The notes: generated by a model from the letters alone, not told the origin. Positions 37,824 through 48,115 are shown, counted from the stretch's first letter. The stretch: DNA of 64,000 nucleotides from an uncultured Eubacteriales bacterium (GCA_949286985.1 CASEEM010000017.1:16176-80175), one strand, 5' to 3'. Translations and numbers: made by a program.

Positions 37824-39614
37824 ATGACAGAAGCAGCAAAGAATGTTGCCGCCATTCGCAAGCTCATGGAAGAGCGCGGCATCGATGCTTATGTTATTCC
37901 TATGGCGGACTTCCACCAGAGTGAGTACGTCGGAGAGCACTTCAAGGCCATCCGCTTCGTCACCGGATTCACCGGCTCGTATGCAACGGTTGCCATCACG
38001 AAGGACGATGCCGGTCTCTGGACGGACGGTCGTTACTTCACGCAGGCCAACACGGAGCTTGAGGGCAGCGGCGTTCATTTGATGAAGATGTTCGTTGACG
38101 ATACGCCGGGAACGGTCGAATGGGTTGCCATGAATGTTCCGGAAGGCGGCAAGGTTGCCTTTGACGGACGTGTCCTCTCGATGGGCGACGGACAGGCTTA
38201 TGAAGAAGCGCTTGCCGGCAAGAATGTCACCATCGATTACGAACAGGATCTCGTCAGCGAGGTCTGGGAGAACAGACCGCCGCTTTCGGAGAAGCCGGCC
38301 TTCTTCCTCGAGGAGAAGTACACCGGTGAGAATACGGGTCACAAGCTGGAGCGCGTTCGCGAGAAGATGGCCGAAGTCGGCGCCACGGCTCACATCGTCG
38401 CTTCGCTGGACGATGTCGCTTGGCTCTTTAATACGCGCGGTGATGATATCGATTTCTTCCCGCTCGTCCTCGCTTATGCACTCGTCACGAAGGACGAAGC
38501 GAAGCTTTATATCGATGAGAGAAAGCTGAACGATGAGCTCCGTGCAGAATATGAGAAGTATCACATCGAGGTCTGCCCGTATAATGATATCTATGAGGAT
38601 GCCAAGAAACTCGGCGAAGATGAAGTCGTCCTCATCGACCCGATGAAGATGAATTATGCGCTCTATAAGAACCTGAACTGCAAGGTCGTCGAGGGCGCGA
38701 ATCCGACCATCCTCATGAAGGCGATGAAGAACCCGGTCGAGATCGAGAATATTCGCAAGGCAGAGCTCAAGGACAGCGTTGCGCTGACGAAGTTCATCTG
38801 CTGGGTCAAGAAGAACTATAATAAGGAAAAGATTACGGAGCTCACCTGCGTCGATAAGCTGACCTGGTTCCGTCAGCAGCAGGAAGGATATATCCGCGAT
38901 TCCTTCGAGCCGCTCCAGGCCTTCGGTCCGAATGCGGCGATGATGCACTATTCGCCGACGCCGGAGACGGATGCGACGCTGGAAGAGGGCGGCATGCTCC
39001 TCTCGGACACGGGCGGCGGTTATTATGAGGGTTCGACGGATATCACGAGAACGACGATTCTCGGATCCATCACGCCGGAGATGAAGAAGTATTACACGGC
39101 CGTCTATCGCGCGATGCAGAACCTCTCGGTCGCTAACTTCCTCTACGGCAACCACGGCTGGTCGCTCGACGTCCTCGCTCGTAAGCCGATCTGGGATCTC
39201 AACAAGGACTTCCAGTGCGGCACGGGCCACGGCTTCGGCTACCTCGGCAGCATCCATGAGCCGCCGACGGGCTTCCGTTGGTACATCGTTCCTTCGAAGA
39301 ATGAGCATCACCAGTTCGAAGAGGGCATGTGCATCACGAACGAGCCGGGCATCTACGAGGAAGGTTACTTCGGTATTCGTATCGAGAACAACCTCGTCAC
39401 GGTTAAGGGCGAGAAGAACAAGTACGGCCAGTTCATGCACTTCGAGACGCTCAACTTCGTTCCGATCGACCTCGACGGTATCGATCCGGAAGAGCTGACG
39501 AAGTCCGAGCGCGAGTGGCTGAACGATTACCATGCGCAGTGCTACGAGAAGCTCGCTCCGTACATGGACGAAGAGGAACTCGAGTGGCTGAAGGAGTACA
39601 CGAGAGCCATCTAA
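37824..39614 (+). CDS. Aminopeptidase P (M24B, long three-domain form)
   Basis: DFHQSEY, WTDGRYF, DTGGGY..GSTDITRT, GTGHG, NEPGIY, GIRIEN. Confidence 0.92.
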   Translation: MTEAAKNVAAIRKLMEERGIDAYVIPMADFHQSEYVGEHFKAIRFVTGFTGSYATVAITKDDAGLWTDGRYFTQANTELEGSGVHLMKMFVDDTPGTVEWVAMNVPEGGKVAFDGRVLSMGDGQAYEEALAGKNVTIDYEQDLVSEVWENRPPLSEKPAFFLEEKYTGENTGHKLERVREKMAEVGATAHIVASLDDVAWLFNTRGDDIDFFPLVLAYALVTKDEAKLYIDERKLNDELRAEYEKYHIEVCPYNDIYEDAKKLGEDEVVLIDPMKMNYALYKNLNCKVVEGANPTILMKAMKNPVEIENIRKAELKDSVALTKFICWVKKNYNKEKITELTCVDKLTWFRQQQEGYIRDSFEPLQAFGPNAAMMHYSPTPETDATLEEGGMLLSDTGGGYYEGSTDITRTTILGSITPEMKKYYTAVYRAMQNLSVANFLYGNHGWSLDVLARKPIWDLNKDFQCGTGHGFGYLGSIHEPPTGFRWYIVPSKNEHHQFEEGMCITNEPGIYEEGYFGIRIENNLVTVKGEKNKYGQFMHFETLNFVPIDLDGIDPEELTKSEREWLNDYHAQCYEKLAPYMDEEELEWLKEYTRAI

Positions 39615-39720
39615 TAAGTTCTTGCGCCTGTTCGAGTGCGTGCTATAATGATATTGCTAATATCTATTTGTGGGCCTCGCTCCCTGCGGGGCCGGCTATA
39701 GAAGAAACGGAGGACACATT

Positions 39721-40815
39721 ATGCTTGATAATGCAAAACTTGGTCGCATTGTAGCGATGATGAAGGAGAAGGAAGTTCCTCAGCTCATCATCACGGACCC
39801 GCTCAGCATCTTCTATCTCCTCGGTAAGAGATTTGCTCCGGGTGAGAGAATGCTCGCTCTTTATGTCAACGTTGACGGAGACAAGCAGCTTGTCATCAAC
39901 AAGCTCTTCCCGCAGACGGAGGACCTCGGAGTTCCGATCACGTATTTCGATGATATCGAGGACGGCGTTGAGGTTCTCTGCCAGTACATCCAGAAGGATA
40001 AGGTTGTCGGTGTTGACAAGAACTGGCCGGCACACTTCCTCCTGAGACTCCAGGAGCTCAAGGGCGGTTCCGCTTGGGTTAACGGCTCCCTCATCGTCGA
40101 CAAGGTTCGTCAGATCAAGGACGAGAATGAGCACAGAATCATGAAGGAGTCCGCTCTGAAGATCGACCAGGTTATGGATAAGCTGATCCCATGGGTCGTT
40201 AAGGGCCTCACGGAGATCGAGCTCGAGGAGAAGGTCAAGGAGCTCTGCGCTGAGGTTGGATTCGAAGGACTTTCGTTCGATCCGATCACGGGCTATGGCA
40301 AGAGCGGAGCAGACCCACACCACGTCACGGATGAGACGAAGGGTAAGCACGGCGATTCCGTCGTTCTCGACATCGGCGGTATGTGGAAGGGCTATGCTTC
40401 AGACATCACGAGAACGGTCTTCATCGGCGAGATCAGCGACAGACAGAGAGAGATCTACAACATCGTTCTCGAGGCTAACAAGAGAGGTATCGCTGCTGCG
40501 AAGCCTGGCAACAAGATGAGCGATGTCGACAAGGCTGCAAGAGATTACATCACGGAGATGGGCTACGGTGAGTACTTCACGCACAGAACGGGCCACTCCA
40601 TCGGTCTCGAGGATCACGAGGCAGGCGATGTTTCGGCAGTTAACGATGAGATCATCCAGCCGGGTCAGTGCTTCTCGGTTGAGCCGGGAATCTACCTCTA
40701 TGATGAGGGCATCGGCGTTCGTATCGAGGATATCCTCTATATCACGGAGGATGGATGCGACGTTCTGAACGAGTATCCGAAGGATGAGCCGATCGTTGTT
40801 CCGGACGGAGAATAA
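39721..40815 (+). CDS. Xaa-Pro dipeptidase/aminopeptidase (M24B)
   Basis: DIGG..GYASDITRT, HRTGHSIGLEDHE, SVEPGIY, GVRIED. Confidence 0.92.
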   Translation: MLDNAKLGRIVAMMKEKEVPQLIITDPLSIFYLLGKRFAPGERMLALYVNVDGDKQLVINKLFPQTEDLGVPITYFDDIEDGVEVLCQYIQKDKVVGVDKNWPAHFLLRLQELKGGSAWVNGSLIVDKVRQIKDENEHRIMKESALKIDQVMDKLIPWVVKGLTEIELEEKVKELCAEVGFEGLSFDPITGYGKSGADPHHVTDETKGKHGDSVVLDIGGMWKGYASDITRTVFIGEISDRQREIYNIVLEANKRGIAAAKPGNKMSDVDKAARDYITEMGYGEYFTHRTGHSIGLEDHEAGDVSAVNDEIIQPGQCFSVEPGIYLYDEGIGVRIEDILYITEDGCDVLNEYPKDEPIVVPDGE

Positions 40816-40916
40816 TCGAATCTGACGGAGAGAATATCTCACTCATCAATCACATGGTTGAGACCCCGCGGCTCAATACTGGGCCGCGGATTTTTATCAA
40901 TGGGAGGGTTAAAAAA

Positions 40917-41810
40917 ATGGCAAAGATTACTGAAGGCTATATGCCATTCCTGGATTGGAAGACCTATTATCGTATCGTCGGTGAGAAGAAGGACAACGGC
41001 AAGGCTCCGCTCCTCTGCCTCCACGGCGGACCGGGATCGACGCACAACTACTTTGAGGTTCTCGATCGCATTGCCGACGAGGACGATCGTCAGGTCATCA
41101 TGTATGACCAGCTCGGCTGCGGTGAGTCCTATCTGGACGGACATCCGGAGCTCTGGACGCAGGAGACGTGGCTCGATGAGCTCGATGCTCTTCGTGAGTA
41201 TCTCCACCTCGACGAGCTTCACATCGTCGGTCAGTCCTGGGGCGGCATGATGCAGATCTGCTATGCGATCGATCGTCACCCGAAGGGCATCAAGTCCTAC
41301 ATCATCTCCAGCGGTCACCCGAGCAGCAGCATGTGGGAGCGCGAGGGACTTCGCCGCATCAAGATGATGCCGGAGGATATGCGTGAGGCGATTTATCATG
41401 CTCTTGATACGGGCGATTTCTCGGGCGAGGCTTATGAAGAGGCTGTTGCGGAGTACATGCGCAGATATTGCGATTATCCGATCACCGAGGATTCCCCGGA
41501 GTGCCTGACGCGTCCGAAGAAGAAGGGCAACGAGGCTTATCTCTACGGCTGGGGTCCGAATGAGTTCGCTCCGACCGGATCGCTCAAGGATTTCGAGTAT
41601 GTCGATCGTCTCCATGAGATCGAGATTCCGTCGCTGATCGTTTCCGGCAATGAGGACCTCTGCGCACCGATCATCGCGAAGACGATGTATGACGAAATTC
41701 CGAACTCGAAGTGGGTTCTCTTTGAGAACGCACACCACACCTGCTTCGTAGAACGCAATGATGATTATACGAAGATGGCTATCGAGTGGATGAACGAGCA
41801 CGATAAGTAA
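40917..41810 (+). CDS. pip: Proline iminopeptidase (S33)
   Basis: LHGGPG, YDQLGCG, GQSWGG nucleophile elbow. Confidence 0.92.
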   Translation: MAKITEGYMPFLDWKTYYRIVGEKKDNGKAPLLCLHGGPGSTHNYFEVLDRIADEDDRQVIMYDQLGCGESYLDGHPELWTQETWLDELDALREYLHLDELHIVGQSWGGMMQICYAIDRHPKGIKSYIISSGHPSSSMWEREGLRRIKMMPEDMREAIYHALDTGDFSGEAYEEAVAEYMRRYCDYPITEDSPECLTRPKKKGNEAYLYGWGPNEFAPTGSLKDFEYVDRLHEIEIPSLIVSGNEDLCAPIIAKTMYDEIPNSKWVLFENAHHTCFVERNDDYTKMAIEWMNEHDK

Positions 41811-41845
41811 GTCTTTTCTAAGATCGGGATTCCGACGCAGAAAGC

Positions 41846-41874
41846 AGGACGGCGCTGAAGCGCCGTCCTTTTTT
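41846..41874 (+). terminator. Terminator after pip
   Basis: AGGACGGCGC-TGAA-GCGCCGTCCT followed by a T-run. Confidence 0.8.
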
Positions 41875-41918
41875 CATGTGTTGAAATGAGTGCACTTTTA
41901 TGATAGACTACAACGGAT

Positions 41919-42455
41919 ATGGAAACAGATGAGAGGTATATGCGCGAGGCTCTTCGTGAAGCCGAGAAGGCGGCGGAGACCGGGGAGGTTCCGGTCGGCG
42001 CGGTCATCGTGAAGGATGGAGAGATTCTGTCGCGCGCTTATAATCTTGTGGAGACGTATGCTTCCTCCTCCGCGCATGCAGAGATGCTGGCGATGGATCA
42101 GGCGGAAGCGAGACTCGGATCGAAGTGGCTGCTCGGCTGCACGCTGTATGTGACGCTGGAGCCCTGCGCGATGTGCGCCGGGGCGATGGTGTTGTCGCGG
42201 ATGGAGCGCCTTGTCATCGGGACGATGGATCCGAAGAACGGGGCTTCGGGCTCGGTATTTGATATCACGGCCTGCGAGCGATTGAACCACGAGATCGAGG
42301 TGACGCGAGGCGTCCTTCAGGAAGAATGTGCCGAAGCGCTTTCGAGCTTTTTTCGGGAGCTTCGCATCACGAAGGCACAGCTCCGAAGGAAGAAGCGAGC
42401 CGAGGAGACTTCCCAGACGTGCGAACATCACCAGCAGGGTGAGAATAACCAATAA
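41919..42455 (+). CDS. tadA: tRNA adenosine(34) deaminase
   Basis: GEVPVGAVIV, HAEM, TLEPCAMCAGA. Confidence 0.93.
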   Translation: METDERYMREALREAEKAAETGEVPVGAVIVKDGEILSRAYNLVETYASSSAHAEMLAMDQAEARLGSKWLLGCTLYVTLEPCAMCAGAMVLSRMERLVIGTMDPKNGASGSVFDITACERLNHEIEVTRGVLQEECAEALSSFFRELRITKAQLRRKKRAEETSQTCEHHQQGENNQ

Positions 42456-42470
42456 CCGGAGGAGTAGAGA

Positions 42471-43325
42471 ATGAAGAAGAGAGGTCTGATCGCACTCTTG
42501 ACGATCATGATGCTTGCGATGAGCAGCGTTGCGGCCTTTGCGGCCGATGGCAGCGCCTTTGCGCTGAAGTCCAGTTATCCGAAAGACGGACAGAAGAATA
42601 CGTCGATGGAGAATGCCGGCGTCAAGCTGGAGTTTAACCATTCGATTTCGGGAGAGAAAGCCGAGGCGAATAACGAGAAGTGCGTCTCCATCGTGGATAA
42701 GGACGGCAAGAAGGTTCCGATCAATGTCCTCACGCAGGACAGCGCGGACGGTCTGATGCTCGTTCTCATCGACACGACGGACAAGAAATATACCATCGAG
42801 AACAACTCGGATTATACGCTCATCGTCGATAAGAATTTCATGGACGCTGAGGGCAACACGCTGGGCGAGGATATCGAGATCACCTTCCGCACCTTCAACC
42901 AGCGCTTCAATATGATGGTCAACATGGTCATGATGGCTCTCATGTTCGGCGGTATCATGTTCTTCACGGTTCGCCAGACGATGAATCAGAAGAATGAGGA
43001 TAAGCTCTCGAAGGAGAAGGGCGAAGCGAAGTTCAATCCTTATCGCGAGGCGAAGCGCACCGGCAAGTCGGTCGAAGAGGTCATCGCGGAAGAGGAGAAG
43101 CGCCGTGCCAAGGCCGAGAAGAGAGCAAGACGCAAGGGCATGATCAAGGACGAGGATGAGATCCTCGATGTGGCCGCTCTTCTGCCTTATGTCTACAAGG
43201 TGCACGATCCGCGTCCGATTGCGGAGGTCGGCGGCAAGTACATCTCCGGAAGAGGCAAGAAGAAGCAGGAGCAGACGAAGCGTCAGCAGAGCAAGACGCG
43301 TCAGCGTGCTTCGCATCATAAATAA
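42471..43325 (+). CDS. Hypothetical exported membrane protein: signal peptide, Ig-like domain, TM helix, basic cytoplasmic tail
   Basis: Signal peptide ending AFA; SYPKDG...LEFN...YTLIV...DAEGNTL...ITFRT resembles Big_5; TM then Lys/Arg-rich tail. Confidence 0.7.
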   Translation: MKKRGLIALLTIMMLAMSSVAAFAADGSAFALKSSYPKDGQKNTSMENAGVKLEFNHSISGEKAEANNEKCVSIVDKDGKKVPINVLTQDSADGLMLVLIDTTDKKYTIENNSDYTLIVDKNFMDAEGNTLGEDIEITFRTFNQRFNMMVNMVMMALMFGGIMFFTVRQTMNQKNEDKLSKEKGEAKFNPYREAKRTGKSVEEVIAEEEKRRAKAEKRARRKGMIKDEDEILDVAALLPYVYKVHDPRPIAEVGGKYISGRGKKKQEQTKRQQSKTRQRASHHK

Positions 43326-43332
43326 AGAATAC

Positions 43333-43363
43333 GGCGGAGATGCATCAGCGTCTCCGCCTTTTT
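43333..43363 (+). terminator. Terminator before ispE
   Basis: GGCGGAGATGC...GCGTCTCCGCC followed by T5. Confidence 0.7.
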
Positions 43364-43384
43364 GGAAGGAAAAGGAGATGCGTC

Positions 43385-44353
43385 ATGAAGAAGCAGGAGT
43401 CTATCGTGCTTCGCGCGCATGCGAAGATCAATCTTTCCCTCGGGGTCGGGGCGAAGCGGAGTGACGGCTATCACGAGATCCGCTCCCTGATGCAGGGCGT
43501 GGAGCTGGCAGACCGCCTGACGGCGGGATATGCGGATGTCGGAACGAAAGAGCCGGGGCTCGACATGTACTGCTTCGAGCATGCCGGGCATTCGTTCATC
43601 ATGGCTGCGGACGGAAGCCGCGTGCCAATGGGAAAGGATAATTTGATCGTCAAAGGGGTGAGGACCTTGGCAGGTCGCCTGGAGGCTGACGGGAAGCTCT
43701 CGGAGGAGGAGCATGCGGTCCTCTTCGTCCTGGAGAAGGAGCTTCCGGTGGCGGCAGGGATTGCCGGCGGCAGCGGGAATGCGGCGGCAGCGATGCTGGC
43801 GCTGCATGCGCTTCGCGGGAATCCGTATTCGCTTCGCGAGCTGATGGCAATCGGAGCGGCGGTCGGAGCCGATGTGCCGTTCTCGCTCTTCATGAATGCG
43901 GCTTATAATAGGAAATGTCTCGAGGGGCTTGAGGGCCTCGGGGAGGCGACGACGGCCGCGTGGGTCTCCGGTCTCGGAGAGATCATCGAGCCGTGTGAAG
44001 CGCGCGGCTTCGACGTCCTGCTCGCGAATCCGGGCATCGCTGTTTCGACGGCGGAGGTCTACCGCGGGATGGATGCGATGGAGCGGACGTCCGGCGAAGG
44101 CGCGCTTTTCACGAATGATATGGAGGCTTATACGTTCGCACATTATGAGGAAGCGAAGGCACTTGCCGAAGCGATGAAGGAGCATCTTGCGGCGGAGCAG
44201 GTGCTCATGAGCGGGAGTGGGCCGACCGTCGCAGCATACTATCCGGAGGGTAGTGAGCCGAATGCAGAGGCCGTCCGAGCCGCTTCTTGGTGGAAACCGG
44301 AGTGGCAGCTTTGGGCGACCCGAACAGGAGGGGGACATGAAGGATTGGAATGA
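43385..44353 (+). CDS. ispE: 4-diphosphocytidyl-2C-methyl-D-erythritol kinase
   Basis: AKINLSL, DGYHEI, PVAAGIAGGSGNAA, GADVPF, MSGSGPT. Confidence 0.9.
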   Translation: MKKQESIVLRAHAKINLSLGVGAKRSDGYHEIRSLMQGVELADRLTAGYADVGTKEPGLDMYCFEHAGHSFIMAADGSRVPMGKDNLIVKGVRTLAGRLEADGKLSEEEHAVLFVLEKELPVAAGIAGGSGNAAAAMLALHALRGNPYSLRELMAIGAAVGADVPFSLFMNAAYNRKCLEGLEGLGEATTAAWVSGLGEIIEPCEARGFDVLLANPGIAVSTAEVYRGMDAMERTSGEGALFTNDMEAYTFAHYEEAKALAEAMKEHLAAEQVLMSGSGPTVAAYYPEGSEPNAEAVRAASWWKPEWQLWATRTGGGHEGLE

Positions 44354-45029
44354 TAATATGCAGAGACCGCTTCGCGAGCTGGTCTATTTGAATTTGAAGC
44401 GCAAGATCCTGACCGGCGAATTCCCGCCGCACATGCGCCTTATGGAGGTGGAGCTGGCGGAGGAGATGAATGTCAGCCGCACGCCGATTCGTGAGGCCGT
44501 GCGCACGCTTGCTTCCGAGGGGCTTGTACAGATCGAAGGGCGTCACGGATCCTATGTCGCGCCGATTTCGATGGATGAGGTGCTCGAGATCTTCGAGGTC
44601 CGCGAGAATCTCGAAGGCATCGCCTGCTATTATGCGGCACAGCGCATGGACGAGGAGGATCGTCAAAGCCTGCTTCGCATGATGAAGATGTTCGAGGTCG
44701 CGGCGGATCGCCGAGAGAAGGATGCGGCGGTCGAGTGGGACACCAAGCTCCATCAATGCATCGTCCGCAGCACCGGCAACAACCTGCTGTACAAGCTGAT
44801 CCGCATCACGCAGGAGCTTTCGATGCGAATCCGCTACACGTGCTACGAGGAGCCGGAGCATTTTGATACGATGAAGGAGCAGCATCGCCGGCTCATCCAG
44901 GCGCTCTTTGACGGGGACGCCGAGCGCGCGCAGAAGGAACTGCGCCTTCACATTCGGACGCTTCGCACGTATGCGTACGAAAGCATCAAGCGCGGGGAAG
45001 AGGCCGCGGCGGAGAAGGGTCTTGAATAA
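44337..45029 (+). CDS. GntR-family (FCD) regulator
   Basis: PLRELVY, ELAEEMNVSRTPIREA wHTH; follows ispE as in many Clostridia. Confidence 0.92.
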   Translation: MKDWNDNMQRPLRELVYLNLKRKILTGEFPPHMRLMEVELAEEMNVSRTPIREAVRTLASEGLVQIEGRHGSYVAPISMDEVLEIFEVRENLEGIACYYAAQRMDEEDRQSLLRMMKMFEVAADRREKDAAVEWDTKLHQCIVRSTGNNLLYKLIRITQELSMRIRYTCYEEPEHFDTMKEQHRRLIQALFDGDAERAQKELRLHIRTLRTYAYESIKRGEEAAAEKGLE

Positions 45030-45033
45030 GCGT

Positions 45034-45070
45034 AAAAGCGAGGGAGGAAGCAGCGCTTCCTCTCTCTTTT
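45034..45070 (+). terminator. Terminator after GntR gene
   Basis: GAGGGAGGAAGC...GCTTCCTCTCTC followed by a T-run. Confidence 0.65.
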
Positions 45071-45211
45071 GCTTTGCATCAAAGAAAAGACAGAGAAATC
45101 GCATAAAGAATCGATAGTTTATAAACGAACAATATCGATATTTTCTATATAGATGAGACGGAGGAAGGTATTATACTTGACGAGTATTGTAAATGGAGAA
45201 AGGAAGATCTC

Positions 45212-45754
45212 ATGAAGACCATTGTCGTTCTGTCTCACTGTATTCTTAATACCGCCTCGAAGGTCAAAACCGATGAAAGCGATTTGGCCGAGGAGTATCT
45301 CGTCAGGGACCGCCTGCTTCGCTCGATTGTAGAGAAGAATGTGCAGGTGATACAGCTTCCTTGCCCGGAATTTATTCTGTACGGAAGCCGTCGCTGGGGC
45401 CATGTCAGAGATCAATTCTCTCATCCGCATTTCCGCGAGGAAAGCAAGCGAATGCTGGAACCGGTTTTCCTTCAGCTGGAGGAATATGCTTCCTACCCGG
45501 AGGAATACGAGATTCTTGGCATCGTTTCGGTGGAGGGGAGTCCGAGCTGCGGCTATCGCCTGACATGCACCGGTGCATGGGGTGGTGAGCTTGGTACAGA
45601 CGGGGAGACCGTAGAGGACATTAAGAAGAAGCTGGTGATGAAGGAAGAGTCAGGCGTCTTTATGCAGCAGGTCGAAAAGGGACTGGTCGAAAGAGGCTTG
45701 AATATCCCGATTCTCTCGATGAATGAGACCGTCGATCTCCTTTCCCAAAGGTAA
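45212..45754 (+). CDS. TudS/DUF523-related putative thiouracil desulfidase (CD3072-like)
   Basis: SHCILN, QLPCPE and GSPSCG: three-Cys pattern of the TudS 4Fe-4S family. Confidence 0.8.
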   Translation: MKTIVVLSHCILNTASKVKTDESDLAEEYLVRDRLLRSIVEKNVQVIQLPCPEFILYGSRRWGHVRDQFSHPHFREESKRMLEPVFLQLEEYASYPEEYEILGIVSVEGSPSCGYRLTCTGAWGGELGTDGETVEDIKKKLVMKEESGVFMQQVEKGLVERGLNIPILSMNETVDLLSQR

Positions 45755-45784
45755 TTCGTAGAATTAAGAAAGAGTAGGTTTACC

Positions 45785-46354
45785 ATGAAAAACAGAAAGG
45801 TTTATCTTACCGCATTCTGCGGTGTCGCTGTTGCGATGAACATCGTACTCGGCATCATCACCTCTGCACTCGGCATTCCGCTGTACCTCGATACGCTGGG
45901 TACCGTTCTGACGGCTGCACTGTTCGGACCGGTTCCGGGCGTCATCGTCGGAGCGCTCAGCAACATCATCACGGGTCTCATCTACAGCGTTTCCGACATT
46001 CCGTTCTGCCTCGTCAACATGGCGGTCGGTCTCATCGTCGGTCTTGTCGGCAAGAAGTTCAAGTGGACGTTTGTCAGTGCACTCATCACGGGTCTTGTTC
46101 TCAGCTTCGTATGCCCGGCAATCGGAACGCCGATCGGCATCTTCGTTTACGGCGGACTGAATGGTTCTTTCTCGGATGTTCTCGTTATGTCCCTCGTTCA
46201 GAGTGGCCACGACATCTTCCAGGCGTCCTTCCTGCGTAATGTTGCATCGAACCTGATTGATAAGATCGGCACCTGCATTATCGCTTGGGCATTGATTCGT
46301 GCGATTCCGATGCAGTTCCTCGCGAACTTCAAGAAGAACAACGAGAGCGCTTAG
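45785..46354 (+). CDS. ECF transporter S component (CD3073-like)
   Basis: 189 aa with about six TM helices, PLYLDTLGTV..A.LFGP..G, NLIDK. Confidence 0.85.
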   Translation: MKNRKVYLTAFCGVAVAMNIVLGIITSALGIPLYLDTLGTVLTAALFGPVPGVIVGALSNIITGLIYSVSDIPFCLVNMAVGLIVGLVGKKFKWTFVSALITGLVLSFVCPAIGTPIGIFVYGGLNGSFSDVLVMSLVQSGHDIFQASFLRNVASNLIDKIGTCIIAWALIRAIPMQFLANFKKNNESA

Positions 46355-46385
46355 AGATACCTCGAGTTTTCAAAGAAGGATTTAT

Positions 46386-47252
46386 ATGATTAAAATTCAA
46401 GATTTGGTACATCATTATGATGTATGGGAGCCTGACGGCGAGAAGTTCTCGAAGGTCGTCCTTGACGGCGTTTCGCTTGAGATTTCGACCGGCTCGTTTG
46501 TCGTCATCCTCGGATCGAATGGTTCGGGCAAGTCGACTTTGGCGAAACATCTGAATGTTCTGCTTCTTCCGGATGAAGGGACCGTATGGGTCGACGGCAA
46601 GGACACGAAGGATGCGCAGAACCTTTGGACGATTCGAGATCTTGTCGGCATGGTCTTTCAGAATCCCGATAATCAAATCGTGGGAACGAGTGTAGAAGAA
46701 GATACGGCCTTCGGACCGGAGAACCGGAATCTTCCTACAGAAACGATTCGTCAAAATGTGACCGACAGCCTTCGGGCTGTCGGACTTTTGAATAAGCGGA
46801 AAGTTTCTCCTACGAGATTGTCGGGCGGTCAGAAGCAGCGTGTAGCCATTGCCGGTGTGCTTTCGGTGCTCCCTTCCTGCATTGTGCTGGATGAGCCTAC
46901 AGCGATGCTGGACCCGAAATCACGCAAGGAGATTCTGTCGATTATTCATCGTTTAAACAAGGAGAAAGGTATCACGATTGTCCTTATCACGCATCACACG
47001 GATGAAGCTGTCGGAGCGGATTCCATCATTCTGATGGAGAAGGGTCACGTCCTGAAGCAGGGAACGCCGCGAGAGATTTTCGGCGACACGGAGCTTCTTG
47101 AACGGGTCAAGATGGACATGCCTCAGGTCACGCAACTCGGGAACAAGCTCAAAGAGCAAGGCTTCGCGCTGAAGACGCCGATTTTGACGGAAGAGGAGTT
47201 GACGGAAGAAATCATGAGACTCTATGAGGGAACAGGAGAAGAGACATGTTGA
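46386..47252 (+). CDS. ECF transporter ATPase A
   Basis: GSNGSGKST, VFQNPDNQ, LSGGQKQRV, LDEP. Confidence 0.92.
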   Translation: MIKIQDLVHHYDVWEPDGEKFSKVVLDGVSLEISTGSFVVILGSNGSGKSTLAKHLNVLLLPDEGTVWVDGKDTKDAQNLWTIRDLVGMVFQNPDNQIVGTSVEEDTAFGPENRNLPTETIRQNVTDSLRAVGLLNKRKVSPTRLSGGQKQRVAIAGVLSVLPSCIVLDEPTAMLDPKSRKEILSIIHRLNKEKGITIVLITHHTDEAVGADSIILMEKGHVLKQGTPREIFGDTELLERVKMDMPQVTQLGNKLKEQGFALKTPILTEEELTEEIMRLYEGTGEETC

Positions 47253-48115
47253 TGCAAATTGAACATCTGAAGTTCACATATGCGCCGGGGACTGTCAATG
47301 AGTGTCCTGTTCTTCATGACGTTTCGTTTGAAATCGGTGAAGGGGAGTATATCGGACTGATTGGAAGCTCGGGATCGGGCAAAACGACGCTTATGAAACA
47401 CCTCAACGGCCTTCTGAAGGCCTCGAGCGGGGATATACGCTTCCTCGGGACATCGATCTATGAAAAGAACTACCGCCTTTCGCATTTGCGAAAAGAAGTC
47501 GGATTGGTGTTTCAATACCCGGAGCAACAGCTGTTCGGCCGCACCGTATTCATGGATGTCTGCGTCGGACCGAAGAACCTCGGCATGAGCGAAGAGGAGG
47601 TAAAGGCTTCGGCACGGGACGCTTTGGAACTCGTGGGTATCGATGAGTCGCTTTATGACCGAAGTCCGTTCGAGCTTTCGGGCGGACAGAAGCGTTGCGT
47701 TGCCATTGCCGGCGTTCTGGCCATGAAGCCGAGAATTCTCATTATGGATGAGCCGGCGGCGGGTCTCGATCCGCAGACGAAGTATATGATCTTTGATTTG
47801 GTGGAACGGATTAAGGAGGAGAGCCGGCTGACCATCATTCAGGTGTCACACCATATGGAGGATGTCGCACAGTACGCGGATCGCATTCTTGTCTTGGATG
47901 AAGGACGGCTGGTGCTGCAAGGGACCCCGGAAGAGATTTTCACGGAGACCGACAAGCTGCGTGAGCTGGGCATCGGTGTTCCGCAGATCACATCGGCCAC
48001 GGAGAAACTGCTGAAGGCCGGTCTTCCTCTTCCTCGTCCGGCCGTGTCCGTCGAAGAAGCTGAAGTTATGATACGGAAGGCCTTCGACGAGAAGAGAGGA
48101 GGGCGTCATGCGTGA
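47246..48115 (+). CDS. ECF transporter ATPase A'
   Basis: GSSGSGKT, VFQYPEQQLF, ELSGGQKR, MDEP. Confidence 0.92.
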   Translation: MLMQIEHLKFTYAPGTVNECPVLHDVSFEIGEGEYIGLIGSSGSGKTTLMKHLNGLLKASSGDIRFLGTSIYEKNYRLSHLRKEVGLVFQYPEQQLFGRTVFMDVCVGPKNLGMSEEEVKASARDALELVGIDESLYDRSPFELSGGQKRCVAIAGVLAMKPRILIMDEPAAGLDPQTKYMIFDLVERIKEESRLTIIQVSHHMEDVAQYADRILVLDEGRLVLQGTPEEIFTETDKLRELGIGVPQITSATEKLLKAGLPLPRPAVSVEEAEVMIRKAFDEKRGGRHA

